Of a stretch of DNA of 64,000 nt, positions 11,301 to 19,956 are shown in pieces; position 1 is the first letter of the stretch, and every line of letters starts with the position of its first letter. This DNA comes from a virus. Taxonomy: Duplodnaviria; Caudoviricetes. The stretch lies in the IMG/VR virus record IMGVR_UViG_3300033069_001852; one strand, given 5' to 3'. Below the pieces are notes generated by a model. That model had not been told where the DNA came from and did not search any database. It worked only from the letters and a program-made list of their open reading frames with translations. The position numbers and the translations under genes are program-made.

Positions 11301-14300
11301 ATTCCAAAAGCTAGCAGTTAAGGCCCACGACGCGGTAATTGGATACAGAGAACTAGTGCTGAGGGTTGTACCTGAACCGCCGCCATTAAGAGCATAGGAG
11401 GCAGTAATAGCTACACTAGCGGAAACGGCTATGGTTGCCGATCCGGTTAAGTTGCCAATGAAAACTGAAGCTTTAAATGAGCCAGTTGATGGGTTAAACG
11501 CAAATAGGCTTGTGCCGCCGCCGTTCCTTGCCAAGTTTCCACCGGTACCGGCGTCAAACACGACTCCGTATTCGGTGTTGGGATTACCAATGTCGGAGAT
11601 AGTGACTGCGCTTGACGTTTTTGCCCAGGAAGAAGTTACCGGATACAAACTCCCCGTGATTAAACTTGTGCCAGCGCCACCCCCATTAAGCGCATACGAT
11701 GCGGTCAACGCATAGGAAGCACTGACACTTGGCGAACCGGGAGCGTAAGAAGCTGAAATGGCTCGGCTGGAAGTTATGTAATATAGCCCACCAACATTTA
11801 CACCTGAACTGCTGGGTGGGGCAAAAATGTTGTTGAGGGTCGTCATCATCGACCCAGTACCGCTGTCGCCAAAAACATTTATGCGATACCAGTTGTTATC
11901 GTCGTCGGAGTAAGAGTAAATCTGTCCGCCAACGATCTTGGTTTTATCTGAGTCAACTACTGACGCCGTCGCCGTATAGGAAGAGGAAATCGAACTGGAC
12001 CCATTCGTTGTATAACCCGAACTGCCTGAAACGGTAAATGTCCCAATGATATTGCCATTATCCAAGGCTCGTAACCACATCATTCCGATTGTGCTAGCGG
12101 CGATGCTGGTGGGCCAACCCGTACTAATGTTCTTCCAGTTGTTGGGGAAACTTAATGAACTGGTGGCATTGGCGGAATGGCTAATATACAAGGCGAAATC
12201 CGCAATCTGGCCTGTGCTTGGTAGATTACTCTGCGTGAAACTATATGCCTTGGCCGTAGTCAAATTAACCTGTTCATTCGGCGTGGCAAAACTACAAGTG
12301 ATGACGTTCAATGAACTGGTGTTAACCACCGTGTAAAATTGATACGGGGAGACATATGAGCTACTGACTGAACTTCCGTTTAACGCATAAGAGGCTGTTA
12401 ACGCATAACTGGATGATGAACCAATGCTTCCAGAAAAATTCCAAGAACCAATTATAGTTGTGGTGTCAATGGATCTTAACCAGAGAATCCCAACCGTATT
12501 ACCCGCAATAGTTGTTGGCCAGCCACCACCAATGTTTTTCCAATTGGCTGGAAAAGATACGGAACTGGAAGTGCTTGCGGAATGAGAAACAAATAAGGCA
12601 ATATCCGATACATTATTTGCGGTGGAAATATTACTTGCGGTAAATCTATAATTAGTTGCCGCCACTAAATTGATGATCTGACTTGGATAAAGAAAACTAC
12701 AGGTAATCCAGTTGCCTGATCCGGAGGCAATAGTAATGTAATTCTGACTTGGTACAAGATAAGATGCCGTATCCGCTGTCCCTGTTAGATTACCAATAAA
12801 TAAAGTTGCTTTAAATGAGCCAGTGGACGGGTTAAAAGAGAAAAGACTCGTCCCGCCGCCATTGCGCACTAAATCGCTACCACTTGTAAAGACCACCCCA
12901 AATTCGGTATTGGGATTTCCAATATCAGTGATGGTAACCGCCGATGCGGTTTTAGACCAGGACGCCGTGATGGGATACAAGCTCCCTGTGTTCAGGGACG
13001 TTCCTGGGCCTCCGCCGTTGAGCGCATAGGATGCCGTGAGCGCATAGGATGCGCTAACGCTTGGTGAGCCTGGAGCATAAGAAGCTGAAATGGCTCGGCT
13101 GGAAGTTATATAATACAAACCCCCAACGTTTACTCCGGATGAACTCGGTGGCGCAAAGATATTGTTAAGGGTGGTCATCATTGACCCGGTACCCATATCA
13201 CCGAAAACGTTTATGCGATACCAGTTATTGTCATCATCTGAATAGGAATAGATTTGCCCGCCGACAATCTTAGTTCGATCTGAGTCCAAAACTGAAGCGG
13301 TGGCCGTGTATGAACTACTGATTGAACCTGTGCCTCCGGAGCCTCCGTTTAGGGCATATGATGCGGTTAGCGCATAGGACGCACTAAGGCTTGGTGAACC
13401 TGGCGCATAACTCGCGGAAACACAGAAGGCTGCGTCGAGCGCAAAATCGGCAGTCTGAGCGTGTTCCGTGAAAGAAGCAGTTAATGAACTGGACGCCCAA
13501 GACGCACTAATCGCGAGAGAACTTGGTTGGGCTGGGGCCCAGGAAGCACTCAGCGCCCAACTTGCCGTTATAGGATAAGTGGATCCGGTGGTTAATGAAG
13601 TACCACCAGCACCTCCATTTAACGCATAAGAAGCGGTAATTGCGTGGCTGGCAGTCCCGGTCAAATTACCAAGGAAGACGACGGCTTTAAATGAACCCGT
13701 GGAAGGGTTAAACGCAAAAAGACTGGTACCGCCGCCGTTGCGAACCAATTCACCCGCTCCGGTGCCGTTAAACACCACCGGATAATCGATATTCGGGTTG
13801 CCGATATCAGCAATGGTCACGGTGCTTGCGGTTTTAGCCCAGGAAGCCGTGCCGGTTAAATCGCCGATGAAAACCGAAGCTTTAAATGAGCCGGTAGAGG
13901 GATTAAACGCAAATAGGCTGGTGCCACCCCCGTTGGTCAGAAGATCCTGATTAGATTGAAATACGACTGGGTATTCGGTGTTGGGATTACCGATGTCAGT
14001 AATGGTGGTCCGCGAAGACGTTAAGGCTGTTAGAGAACTGGATGCCCAAGACGCTGACCGTGCGTTTAATGAATTAGTAGCCCAGACAGATTGAGTAGCA
14101 TATTGGGCCCAAGTGGATCCTGAAGCGTATGAATTTGACTGGTTGTAAATCGTGACGTTGTAATATTGGTAATAACTTGTGGTTGTCGCATAACTCGCGG
14201 AAAGTGCGGTCGTTGCGAAACTGGAAGTTAAACTGGCGGAGGCCCAGCTGGCGGAAATGCTATAGGAGGCATAAAGCCCGGAGCCGCCCATCCCAATGCT

Positions 14301-14468
14301 ATATTTCGCTGCCCAATCGGTTATTTTGTCGGCCATAATATGGCCAAACTCATCCAAGTAAACAATCGCATCTGACGCGGAAATGTTTATCTGTTCATAT
14401 TTGGTATTCGCATCACTGCGTTGGATGAACACCGCATCCTTGGAATGTACTTGTGGAGTAAAGGCCAT
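8367..14468 (-). CDS. Giant modular tail fibre/adhesin-like protein
   Basis: 2033 aa with SASYA linkers, six DIGNPN..NGGGTSLFxFNP modules, four xITCSF..FPxNWKNI..WLR-type modules and YadA-head-like xQIG repeats. ATATTTAT at 14482-14489 (-). Confidence 0.75.
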   Translation of the reverse strand: MAFTPQVHSKDAVFIQRSDANTKYEQINISASDAIVYLDEFGHIMADKITDWAAKYSIGMGGSGLYASYSISASWASASLTSSFATTALSASYATTTSYYQYYNVTIYNQSNSYASGSTWAQYATQSVWATNSLNARSASWASSSLTALTSSRTTITDIGNPNTEYPVVFQSNQDLLTNGGGTSLFAFNPSTGSFKASVFIGDLTGTASWAKTASTVTIADIGNPNIDYPVVFNGTGAGELVRNGGGTSLFAFNPSTGSFKAVVFLGNLTGTASHAITASYALNGGAGGTSLTTGSTYPITASWALSASWAPAQPSSLAISASWASSSLTASFTEHAQTADFALDAAFCVSASYAPGSPSLSASYALTASYALNGGSGGTGSISSSYTATASVLDSDRTKIVGGQIYSYSDDDNNWYRINVFGDMGTGSMMTTLNNIFAPPSSSGVNVGGLYYITSSRAISASYAPGSPSVSASYALTASYALNGGGPGTSLNTGSLYPITASWSKTASAVTITDIGNPNTEFGVVFTSGSDLVRNGGGTSLFSFNPSTGSFKATLFIGNLTGTADTASYLVPSQNYITIASGSGNWITCSFLYPSQIINLVAATNYRFTASNISTANNVSDIALFVSHSASTSSSVSFPANWKNIGGGWPTTIAGNTVGILWLRSIDTTTIIGSWNFSGSIGSSSSYALTASYALNGSSVSSSYVSPYQFYTVVNTSSLNVITCSFATPNEQVNLTTAKAYSFTQSNLPSTGQIADFALYISHSANATSSLSFPNNWKNISTGWPTSIAASTIGMMWLRALDNGNIIGTFTVSGSSGYTTNGSSSISSSYTATASVVDSDKTKIVGGQIYSYSDDDNNWYRINVFGDSGTGSMMTTLNNIFAPPSSSGVNVGGLYYITSSRAISASYAPGSPSVSASYALTASYALNGGGAGTSLITGSLYPVTSSWAKTSSAVTISDIGNPNTEYGVVFDAGTGGNLARNGGGTSLFAFNPSTGSFKASVFIGNLTGSATIAVSASVAITASYALNGGGSGTTLSTSSLYPITASWALTASFWNSSSIVTALNNKQGTIGTGSLYPITASMAISASYAPNSGTTLSTGSLYPVTSSWAKTASAVIVTDIGNPNTDYGVVFDGGGSNLVRNGGGTSIFSFNPLTGSFKALVFIGDLTGSAANALSASYALSASYALSSSYARTASYAFTSSFSFTSISSAFSVYSSQSVFSTQSLWATNSLNAVSSSYASSSLSASYALTASYVLNGGSGTTLSTGSLYPITASWALNAISASGGMAIGGYHQGSINTSSVQIGFGIPKTQQSNINVQIGYGVNANTVSSSGEVAIGYEAGKDTVNGNQAVKIGFWAGKTSTVSDLAVQIGNEAAGNSTTASQAVQIGHDAAKNSTNAGSAVQVGSGAGYNATNAGNSVMVGYHAGYDAPTSSYAILIGTNADAVSSSLSITRSIALGYNAKVGASRTAVIGGTGADSVKVTIGGTTAVNTLDVVGNISCSVITASLFKGTGSFALSASIALTASSVNPYQFNTTLTTGSGNWITCSFTNPSQLVNLVNPATYNFTASDLASTNQVADIALFISNSAANSSSLVFPSNWKNIGSGWPTTIAANAVGVLWLRSLNNDLIIGSFSVSGSVSVSASYALTALSASYAPGSPSVSASYATNASTASLVTSYQPFTLLTTSSLKWVTASFSTANQQVNLTNAAIYNFTHSNLAGSGQIADTALFISNSSAGSSSLTFPNSWLNIGTGWPTSIAAGTVAVVWLRSVDGTKIIGTYGVSGSVGGGTNISASYALTSSYALNGGSSATSLSTGSLYPITASWAKTSSAITITDIGNDNTEYGVVFDSGTSRNLARNGGGTSLYSFNPSTGSFKASVFIGDLTGTSTSSSYSLSSSYAPTWQYMHTMHPKAGWTVTDNTVAYYGWYDDRTGTYNNAKMYIPFNGTLRQMLVKVLVTGTLGSTESVHHEANINGTGSLSVSASWSTAFLTASASGSYSVSQGDWIALKIVTPTFVTDPNAVRVHATFAFTTP
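8824..8888. repeat. 65-nt perfect inverted repeat, partner at 27270-27334
   Basis: Compared base by base; encodes GGTSLYSFNPSTGSFKASVFIG in both fibre genes. Confidence 0.85.
10759..10823. repeat. 65-nt perfect inverted repeat, partner at 25437-25501
   Basis: Compared base by base; encodes SSQSVFSTQSLWATNSLNAVS in both fibre genes. Confidence 0.85.
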
Positions 14469-14546
14469 ACTTATTCAATGGATAAATATGACTGGGTCAG
14501 ACCTTTTGAAGAAAAGTTATAATGGTTGCGGCCATGGTTTGAAAAA

Positions 14547-15083
14547 TTAAAGTTTAAAATAAGAATATTCCTCCACAATTGGAGAGTAATAGAGGGTATC
14601 AATTTTCACAGAAATCCGCTGGGGAGTTAGATTAAAAACAAATTTCCCCTTCTGGACATAGGCCAAGGTCAAGTGGGGATGATAGACAGGATATTCATCG
14701 TGGTTAGGAAATTTTGAAAATTGTTCGTGTAAACGGGTTAATTGAGGGGCTCGAACATCAAATTTTACCACATCATAATCGGGATTATTATCAAACAGAC
14801 TCAATTGGATCAAATCGATGTTGAAGGGTTTGACGCCTTTCAACACACTCCGGATTTGGAGTTCATTCAGGTCGGGTTGAAATCCATATTTAACCGTGAC
14901 ATGCGGCTCTTTTTCCCGCCCAAACTCACTTCCTTTCACATATAAAATGGAATCGGAGATAATCCGCTGGTTAAAATTTATAAGCTTTTGCGCGGAAGTT
15001 CCGGTTACCCGAGCCATAAGGCAACCATAGGAGTTGGAGGGACCCGCAGCTTCCGTCAATAATTGGCGATAGGAGATGTTCAT
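14547..15083 (-). CDS. 2H phosphoesterase (T4 gp57B/Acb1-like, or RNA 2',3'-cyclic phosphodiesterase)
   Basis: Two HxT motifs, PHVTVKYG and NHDEYPVYHPHLTLAY. Leader MNISYRQLLTE. Confidence 0.85.
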   Translation of the reverse strand: MNISYRQLLTEAAGPSNSYGCLMARVTGTSAQKLINFNQRIISDSILYVKGSEFGREKEPHVTVKYGFQPDLNELQIRSVLKGVKPFNIDLIQLSLFDNNPDYDVVKFDVRAPQLTRLHEQFSKFPNHDEYPVYHPHLTLAYVQKGKFVFNLTPQRISVKIDTLYYSPIVEEYSYFKL

Positions 15084-15271
15084 GGGGTAAATGTTCTTTC
15101 GGCTAAATGTTTCAATCTATCTTCCATCTTAGAAGAAACCAGCAAACAATCCGCGTCCGTCCACATTTCATACGGATTATCGTGGATATTTCCAAAAATA
15201 TGTTCAAGCGGAAGAATTTTAAATCCCTTTTTCGCCAAGGCCATGGAAATGTTTTTAGTTCGCTGTGCCAT
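15080..15271 (-). CDS. Small ORF or remnant resembling the C-terminus of the 40683-44366 paralog family
   Basis: KGFKILPLE...EMWTDADCLLV compared with NGFKLVTIE...EVWTDSPALLI. Fills the gap in the operon and overlaps both neighbours. Confidence 0.5.
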   Translation of the reverse strand: MAQRTKNISMALAKKGFKILPLEHIFGNIHDNPYEMWTDADCLLVSSKMEDRLKHLAERTFTP

Positions 15272-16703
15272 TTTCCAATTCCTTTCGTATTACCGCTAGA
15301 GCTTCCTCACGGCTGACGCCCGGATTCTCATACCACATATCAGTGACCTTACCCAATAGTTCAGTAAATCTTGGTCCAGGTTTAATACCCAGTGCGATCA
15401 AGTCATGCCCATTAATTGGCAGTTGGGGTTTTTTCTTAATCAAGTTCATATCCAAGGTGGCCAAACGAGCCTTGATCAATTTTATTTGATTGGGCATAGC
15501 CGACGCATCCGCATGCGCAGTATTATCCGCGTGGATCAGATCCAAAGTATCCTCCAACTGCTCACCCATATCTACCCGGAATTTTCGTAAAGCTTTATCG
15601 CTGATATCCGCAGAGTCGCCGGCACCCTTTAGGCGCATATGATTTTCCACGCCCTTACATACGGCGTCAATCAATTCCGTGGGATATTTCAACCGGGTCA
15701 TTACGATCCGGGTTATTTTGGCGCCTTCGTCTTCATGCCGATAAAAATGAACACCCGTTGGTGTCACTGAGCGGGTCACGGTTTTACCTATGTCGTGAAA
15801 TAAAGCCATTAAGCGTTGAATTAATACCGGGTTCGTCTTGCTCAAAACTTCAAGGGTGTGGTCAAAGACATCGTGTTTATGATGAATGTTCTGGGTCATT
15901 TTGATGGCCGGGATCAATTCAGGAATTGTATACGGCAACAAACCAACTATCCTCAACAATTTAATGGCTCGGTGGGGCGACCCCGTCTGGAGCATTTTAT
16001 TCAGTTCATCCTTAATGCGTTCTTTGGAAATGATTTCCATCCGCGGCGCATTTTTCTTGATGGCCCGGATCATAAACATCGGCAAATCCCAATTATACTT
16101 TATGGTAAATCGAATGGCCCTTAGCATGCGCAACGGATCGTCGCTAAAAATCTGATCAGGCTGGATTGCGGTTTTGACAATTCCCCGCTTGATGTCTTCA
16201 ACCCCATGCCCCGTCAGATCCAAAATTTCACTGGTGGTTAAATCTTTCAATAAAGAATTGGTGGTAAAATCACGCCGTTCGGCATCGTCCCGCATAGTGC
16301 CATGCGAAACGGTCGGATTGCGACTATTGGGATCATCATAAGTTTCTTTGCGGGGCATGACAGCTTCAATATCCAAGTCGGATAAATCCTGACCGTTATG
16401 TTTCACCCCACGCAGATTAAATTTAGCCGTGCCATATTTGCTCGCAATGACAGGATTACTGCCCTGTTTATAGGCCCCAACTTTTTTGGTGATCCAATCG
16501 GAAAATTCCACTCCGCCATTGGGTTTGTTGACGACCAGGTCCAAATCTTTAGCATCCACTCCCATTAATTCATCTCGTACTGCGCCACCGGCTAGATACA
16601 CACGACCTTCCCACTCTGTTCCTTTTATTGTTTTAGATAAAAAATCTAATGCTGCCTTTTCTACTAACCCCTCATTTATCAAATTTTTAAGATTGACATC
16701 CAT
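15255..16703 (-). CDS. cca: Class II CCA tRNA nucleotidyltransferase with HD domain
   Basis: GGAVRD..DLD, RRDFTTNSL, DDPLRMLRAIRF, SKERIKDEL, HD motif LFHDIGK and tail INGHDL..GIKPGP. Leader MDVNLKNLINE. Confidence 0.93.
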   Translation of the reverse strand: MDVNLKNLINEGLVEKAALDFLSKTIKGTEWEGRVYLAGGAVRDELMGVDAKDLDLVVNKPNGGVEFSDWITKKVGAYKQGSNPVIASKYGTAKFNLRGVKHNGQDLSDLDIEAVMPRKETYDDPNSRNPTVSHGTMRDDAERRDFTTNSLLKDLTTSEILDLTGHGVEDIKRGIVKTAIQPDQIFSDDPLRMLRAIRFTIKYNWDLPMFMIRAIKKNAPRMEIISKERIKDELNKMLQTGSPHRAIKLLRIVGLLPYTIPELIPAIKMTQNIHHKHDVFDHTLEVLSKTNPVLIQRLMALFHDIGKTVTRSVTPTGVHFYRHEDEGAKITRIVMTRLKYPTELIDAVCKGVENHMRLKGAGDSADISDKALRKFRVDMGEQLEDTLDLIHADNTAHADASAMPNQIKLIKARLATLDMNLIKKKPQLPINGHDLIALGIKPGPRFTELLGKVTDMWYENPGVSREEALAVIRKELENGTAN

Positions 16704-17451
16704 AAGACAATTCTTCTTTCTTGGTGTGGTCAGGCCCTAATAAAAAATTATAATTCCACCCCTTTTCTTTACAAAATTCAATAGCGACTGTTGCCTTCTT
16801 TATATCCACCGATTTTATCCAACCTTTTATCTCTTCAATTGTATTTCCATTTACAAAAAAATCTGGTACATAATATGTTTTCAATCCATTCTCACTAATA
16901 TACGGAATTCTTATTTTATGTTTCTTTGTCCAAGATATTCTGTTTTCATCATACCACTTCATTCTTTTTAATTCATACGAACTATCATACCACTCTTGTT
17001 CACCATTATCTTTTACATAAAATCCAGTTTTCCAATTATTCTTAATGGTGTATTTTCCTTCTGATAGTCGTTTCGTATATGTATTCGTTCTTTTTTCTAT
17101 TCCTTCTGGAGTTTTCCAGTGATTGGATAATAACATCCGATTTCGAATAGCCTCTCTTCTCACTGGATTATTACATGCTGTTTTTTGTTTTTCTTTTATT
17201 TCTGGACAATTCATCGGGTTGTTTATAGATAACCACTCTCTAAACTTTTTTCGTTTTGATGGATTTTTATCACCCAGAAATTTAGCGGCGACTTCCGGTT
17301 TTTTCATCGGATTAGCACATGAACGACATCTTTTTTGTTTTTTTCTTGATGAATAGTAATTGGACTTTGTTGAGTATGGCATGTCTGTTCCACATGATGG
17401 ACATTCTTTTATCCAATATACCTTACCATTTATTATTTGTGTATTAATCAT
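16687..17451 (-). CDS. Free-standing homing-endonuclease-like protein (Zn finger plus PD-(D/E)xK domain)
   Basis: CPSC and CRSC pairs, NPMK/NPSK/NPMN repeats, SSYE...YVPDF...EIKGW. Visibly more AT-rich than its flanks. Confidence 0.75.
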   Translation of the reverse strand: MINTQIINGKVYWIKECPSCGTDMPYSTKSNYYSSRKKQKRCRSCANPMKKPEVAAKFLGDKNPSKRKKFREWLSINNPMNCPEIKEKQKTACNNPVRREAIRNRMLLSNHWKTPEGIEKRTNTYTKRLSEGKYTIKNNWKTGFYVKDNGEQEWYDSSYELKRMKWYDENRISWTKKHKIRIPYISENGLKTYYVPDFFVNGNTIEEIKGWIKSVDIKKATVAIEFCKEKGWNYNFLLGPDHTKKEELSYGCQS

Positions 17452-18467
17452 AAACCGCCCTTTAAAAATTCCTGCGTTTTAGTAATCAATTCCGTTTCAG
17501 GAACCGCATCTAATTGGTCGCCATAAATAGACTGCCAAAAGGCTTTAATTTTACCAATCATCGGGCCGGGCTTTACTTCCGGAAAATTGCGCATTAACCA
17601 TTCGCCGCCGTATTTGGATTTAATCACCGTTTTGTTGTTAATCTTTTCAATTTCCGATTGTAATTTTTGATAATAATGGGGGAATTCTTGTTTTAGGAAA
17701 TAATCCTCATCTTCAATTTTTCTGGTCTTGTTCAAGGCTACTAATCCGTTTCTAATCGCTATTGCCGTTGGGCGACCAGGTCGGCTGCGTTTACGATCTC
17801 CGTGGTTCATTCCACTATCCGCCACTTGCCGACTATCAAACAAATCGCTGGCGGCAATAAAATCAACAATGTCTTGAACGGTTTGAATTTGATCAAACGT
17901 ATTTAGAACTTGCTTATAACCAAGAATGACAAGGCCCTCTCGCAAATTCCTGGTTAATAAGATTTCATTATTTCTATCACTTTTATCTTTGTAAATCTTA
18001 AAAAAGCCTTGGTTACCGTATTTGTAATTTAATTTTCGAGAGATAATACCAAGGATACCACTGAAGTCGTTGTATGATAGATAATCATAATTTGCCGCAA
18101 ACTCATCTTCGGACGACATAATAAAATCGACATGAACCGTTTTGTTCACGGTGGGGTTCTTGTAAAGCACACTATGAATATTTCCATTTTTACTATAATC
18201 AATCATGTATGAACCCAAGAATTGTTTTAACGTATTGTAAACATGTTGATTGCCACATGCGACAATATCAATATCGCCGTGATCGGCTTTGGTGGGTAAG
18301 GCCCGGCTCAATTGGAACTTTGAAAATTTATCCCCCAGCCGTTTCTGTAAATCTCCAAAAATGATATTCATGTCCGCAGTCGTCACCCGTTCGGCTCGGG
18401 GGCCGAACAATTTCCCACCTTCTTTAAGCGCGGGAATGCTTTCCACTATAGCTTTCAACTTAATCAT
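17448..18467 (-). CDS. Pol-beta-superfamily nucleotidyltransferase with CCA-like C-terminal tail
   Basis: HGDIDI and VHVDFI catalytic-type aspartates; tail KYGGEWLM..VKPGPMIG. Start moved to the ATG at 18467 (MIKLKAIVES), which gives an ATGA overlap. Confidence 0.7.
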   Translation of the reverse strand: MIKLKAIVESIPALKEGGKLFGPRAERVTTADMNIIFGDLQKRLGDKFSKFQLSRALPTKADHGDIDIVACGNQHVYNTLKQFLGSYMIDYSKNGNIHSVLYKNPTVNKTVHVDFIMSSEDEFAANYDYLSYNDFSGILGIISRKLNYKYGNQGFFKIYKDKSDRNNEILLTRNLREGLVILGYKQVLNTFDQIQTVQDIVDFIAASDLFDSRQVADSGMNHGDRKRSRPGRPTAIAIRNGLVALNKTRKIEDEDYFLKQEFPHYYQKLQSEIEKINNKTVIKSKYGGEWLMRNFPEVKPGPMIGKIKAFWQSIYGDQLDAVPETELITKTQEFLKGGL

Positions 18468-19420
18468 ACTAGTTTTAAATATTTTCCGTAATCCCACGGT
18501 TGTTTGTGATACCGTTTCATAAAACTGTGAGCCGTCAAACTAAAATTCATTCCGGCTAGTTTGTCTTTATAAGATTCATACCATTTATGACCAATCTCAA
18601 ATCCCACGGAAATCTGACTATATTTACCTAAATTTTCCTTTTGGCCAGAATGGATATCATCCACGCTTTTCATCATTGCCGTCCGGACCGTTTGGGGTTT
18701 TATTTTCAAGCCTTTTCTCAAATAACCCTTGGCCTCTGTTTTGCTAAGCCCACCATCCTCCTCCAAGTCTGAAAATAAATACTTTTTTAACTTGTTAAAC
18801 ACAGACATTTCCCGCTCGGTGGGCTGGCCGAAATCTTTTGAATATAATTTAAACCAAAAAAATAGAACGCCGGCTTCTGTTACTTCATAAGTTTTGTTGG
18901 GTTGGATGCGCTTATGTGAGTCGTCGATTATTTCAATTACTACCGCTGATTCGGACAGAATTTCAACATCTTCCCGCTTTGCTTTTTTTCCATCATTTTT
19001 CCAATACAATTCCGCTAAAAAAGGATCAATTTCCCACTCTAAGCGTTCCGGTCTTTCCTTGGCTATGCGCCTAATTTCTTCAAAATTAGGATTGTCGCGG
19101 TCGAATTTTTCGTGGAACTCATCGATTAAAGTAGAATTAGCTACATGGATTTTACCCCGGGGCTTAACGACATATAGAATGCCTTTGTCAACAAAGCGGC
19201 TCCGGGGAATAACCGATGAGTAGACGCAGTTTAAACGACTGGGTTTATCGGAAAAATGCTTCCGCCGATAAAATTCCAAACCAATTTCTGAAGGAATGTT
19301 TTCCAACCAGTGTTTTCCATCCTCACTACGTTTGGATTTGATCAAATCTCCAACGGTCATCGGATAATTAGAACGATGGTAGAGCGTTACATTTTCACTG
19401 ATTTCCGTTAGGATTTTCAT
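18464..19420 (-). CDS. DUF2441-like putative ADP-ribosyltransferase-fold protein
   Basis: LYH...VGDLI, EFYRRKHFSDKPSRLNCVY, LYVVKP, YW...EDVEIL. Leader MKILTEISE. Confidence 0.55.
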   Translation of the reverse strand: MKILTEISENVTLYHRSNYPMTVGDLIKSKRSEDGKHWLENIPSEIGLEFYRRKHFSDKPSRLNCVYSSVIPRSRFVDKGILYVVKPRGKIHVANSTLIDEFHEKFDRDNPNFEEIRRIAKERPERLEWEIDPFLAELYWKNDGKKAKREDVEILSESAVVIEIIDDSHKRIQPNKTYEVTEAGVLFFWFKLYSKDFGQPTEREMSVFNKLKKYLFSDLEEDGGLSKTEAKGYLRKGLKIKPQTVRTAMMKSVDDIHSGQKENLGKYSQISVGFEIGHKWYESYKDKLAGMNFSLTAHSFMKRYHKQPWDYGKYLKLV

Positions 19421-19956
19421 CTCCGTTTCCTATAATCTAAACATTTTCTGTTTTCACCCGCTTGATTTTTGTAATTTTTCACTGGCAAACCAACAGCCTC
19501 CAACTTTTTCCAGGCAGCGGAAGCTTCATCCGCTTGTAAAGACGATGCGTGTAAACACATATTTTTTTCCGCCAACCACATTGCTCCCGCAATATAAAGA
19601 ACATAACCGATTCCATTCCTCTTATAATTTTCTTCTACTTTAATAAAATCAACAACGGGACAATCAACCCAATGATAGTAAAATTTCTTATATTCTTGGT
19701 TCAGATATCTGTCGGTAAAAGCTTCGTTAAAATACTTCTGGAAAGCTTCTTTATTTGGGAATACTTCCCAGAACTTTTTGTCAGCGATGTAATCCATCTT
19801 CAGATATCCAATCTTTTTTCCGTTGAGATGCGCTTCAACTAATGATTGAGCCCAAGTATTTCCATCTCCCCGTGTAGACATGTTTTCAGAATATTTGAAT
19901 TCTATGCGCCCCAACTTTGATTTGGCATACTTTATTTTCTTTTCGTTGAGATTCAT
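19417..19956 (-). CDS. GNAT-family acetyltransferase
   Basis: Motif A VDFIKVEENYKRNGIGYVLY and ASAAWKKL. Starts MNLNE. Confidence 0.75.
   Translation of the reverse strand: MNLNEKKIKYAKSKLGRIEFKYSENMSTRGDGNTWAQSLVEAHLNGKKIGYLKMDYIADKKFWEVFPNKEAFQKYFNEAFTDRYLNQEYKKFYYHWVDCPVVDFIKVEENYKRNGIGYVLYIAGAMWLAEKNMCLHASSLQADEASAAWKKLEAVGLPVKNYKNQAGENRKCLDYRKRR

Noticed and set aside
16687-17451. Group I intron or intein hosting this or the other three endonucleases
   Set aside because: The flanking genes look complete, and I recognised no split gene, intron core or intein motif. The nucleases appear free-standing.
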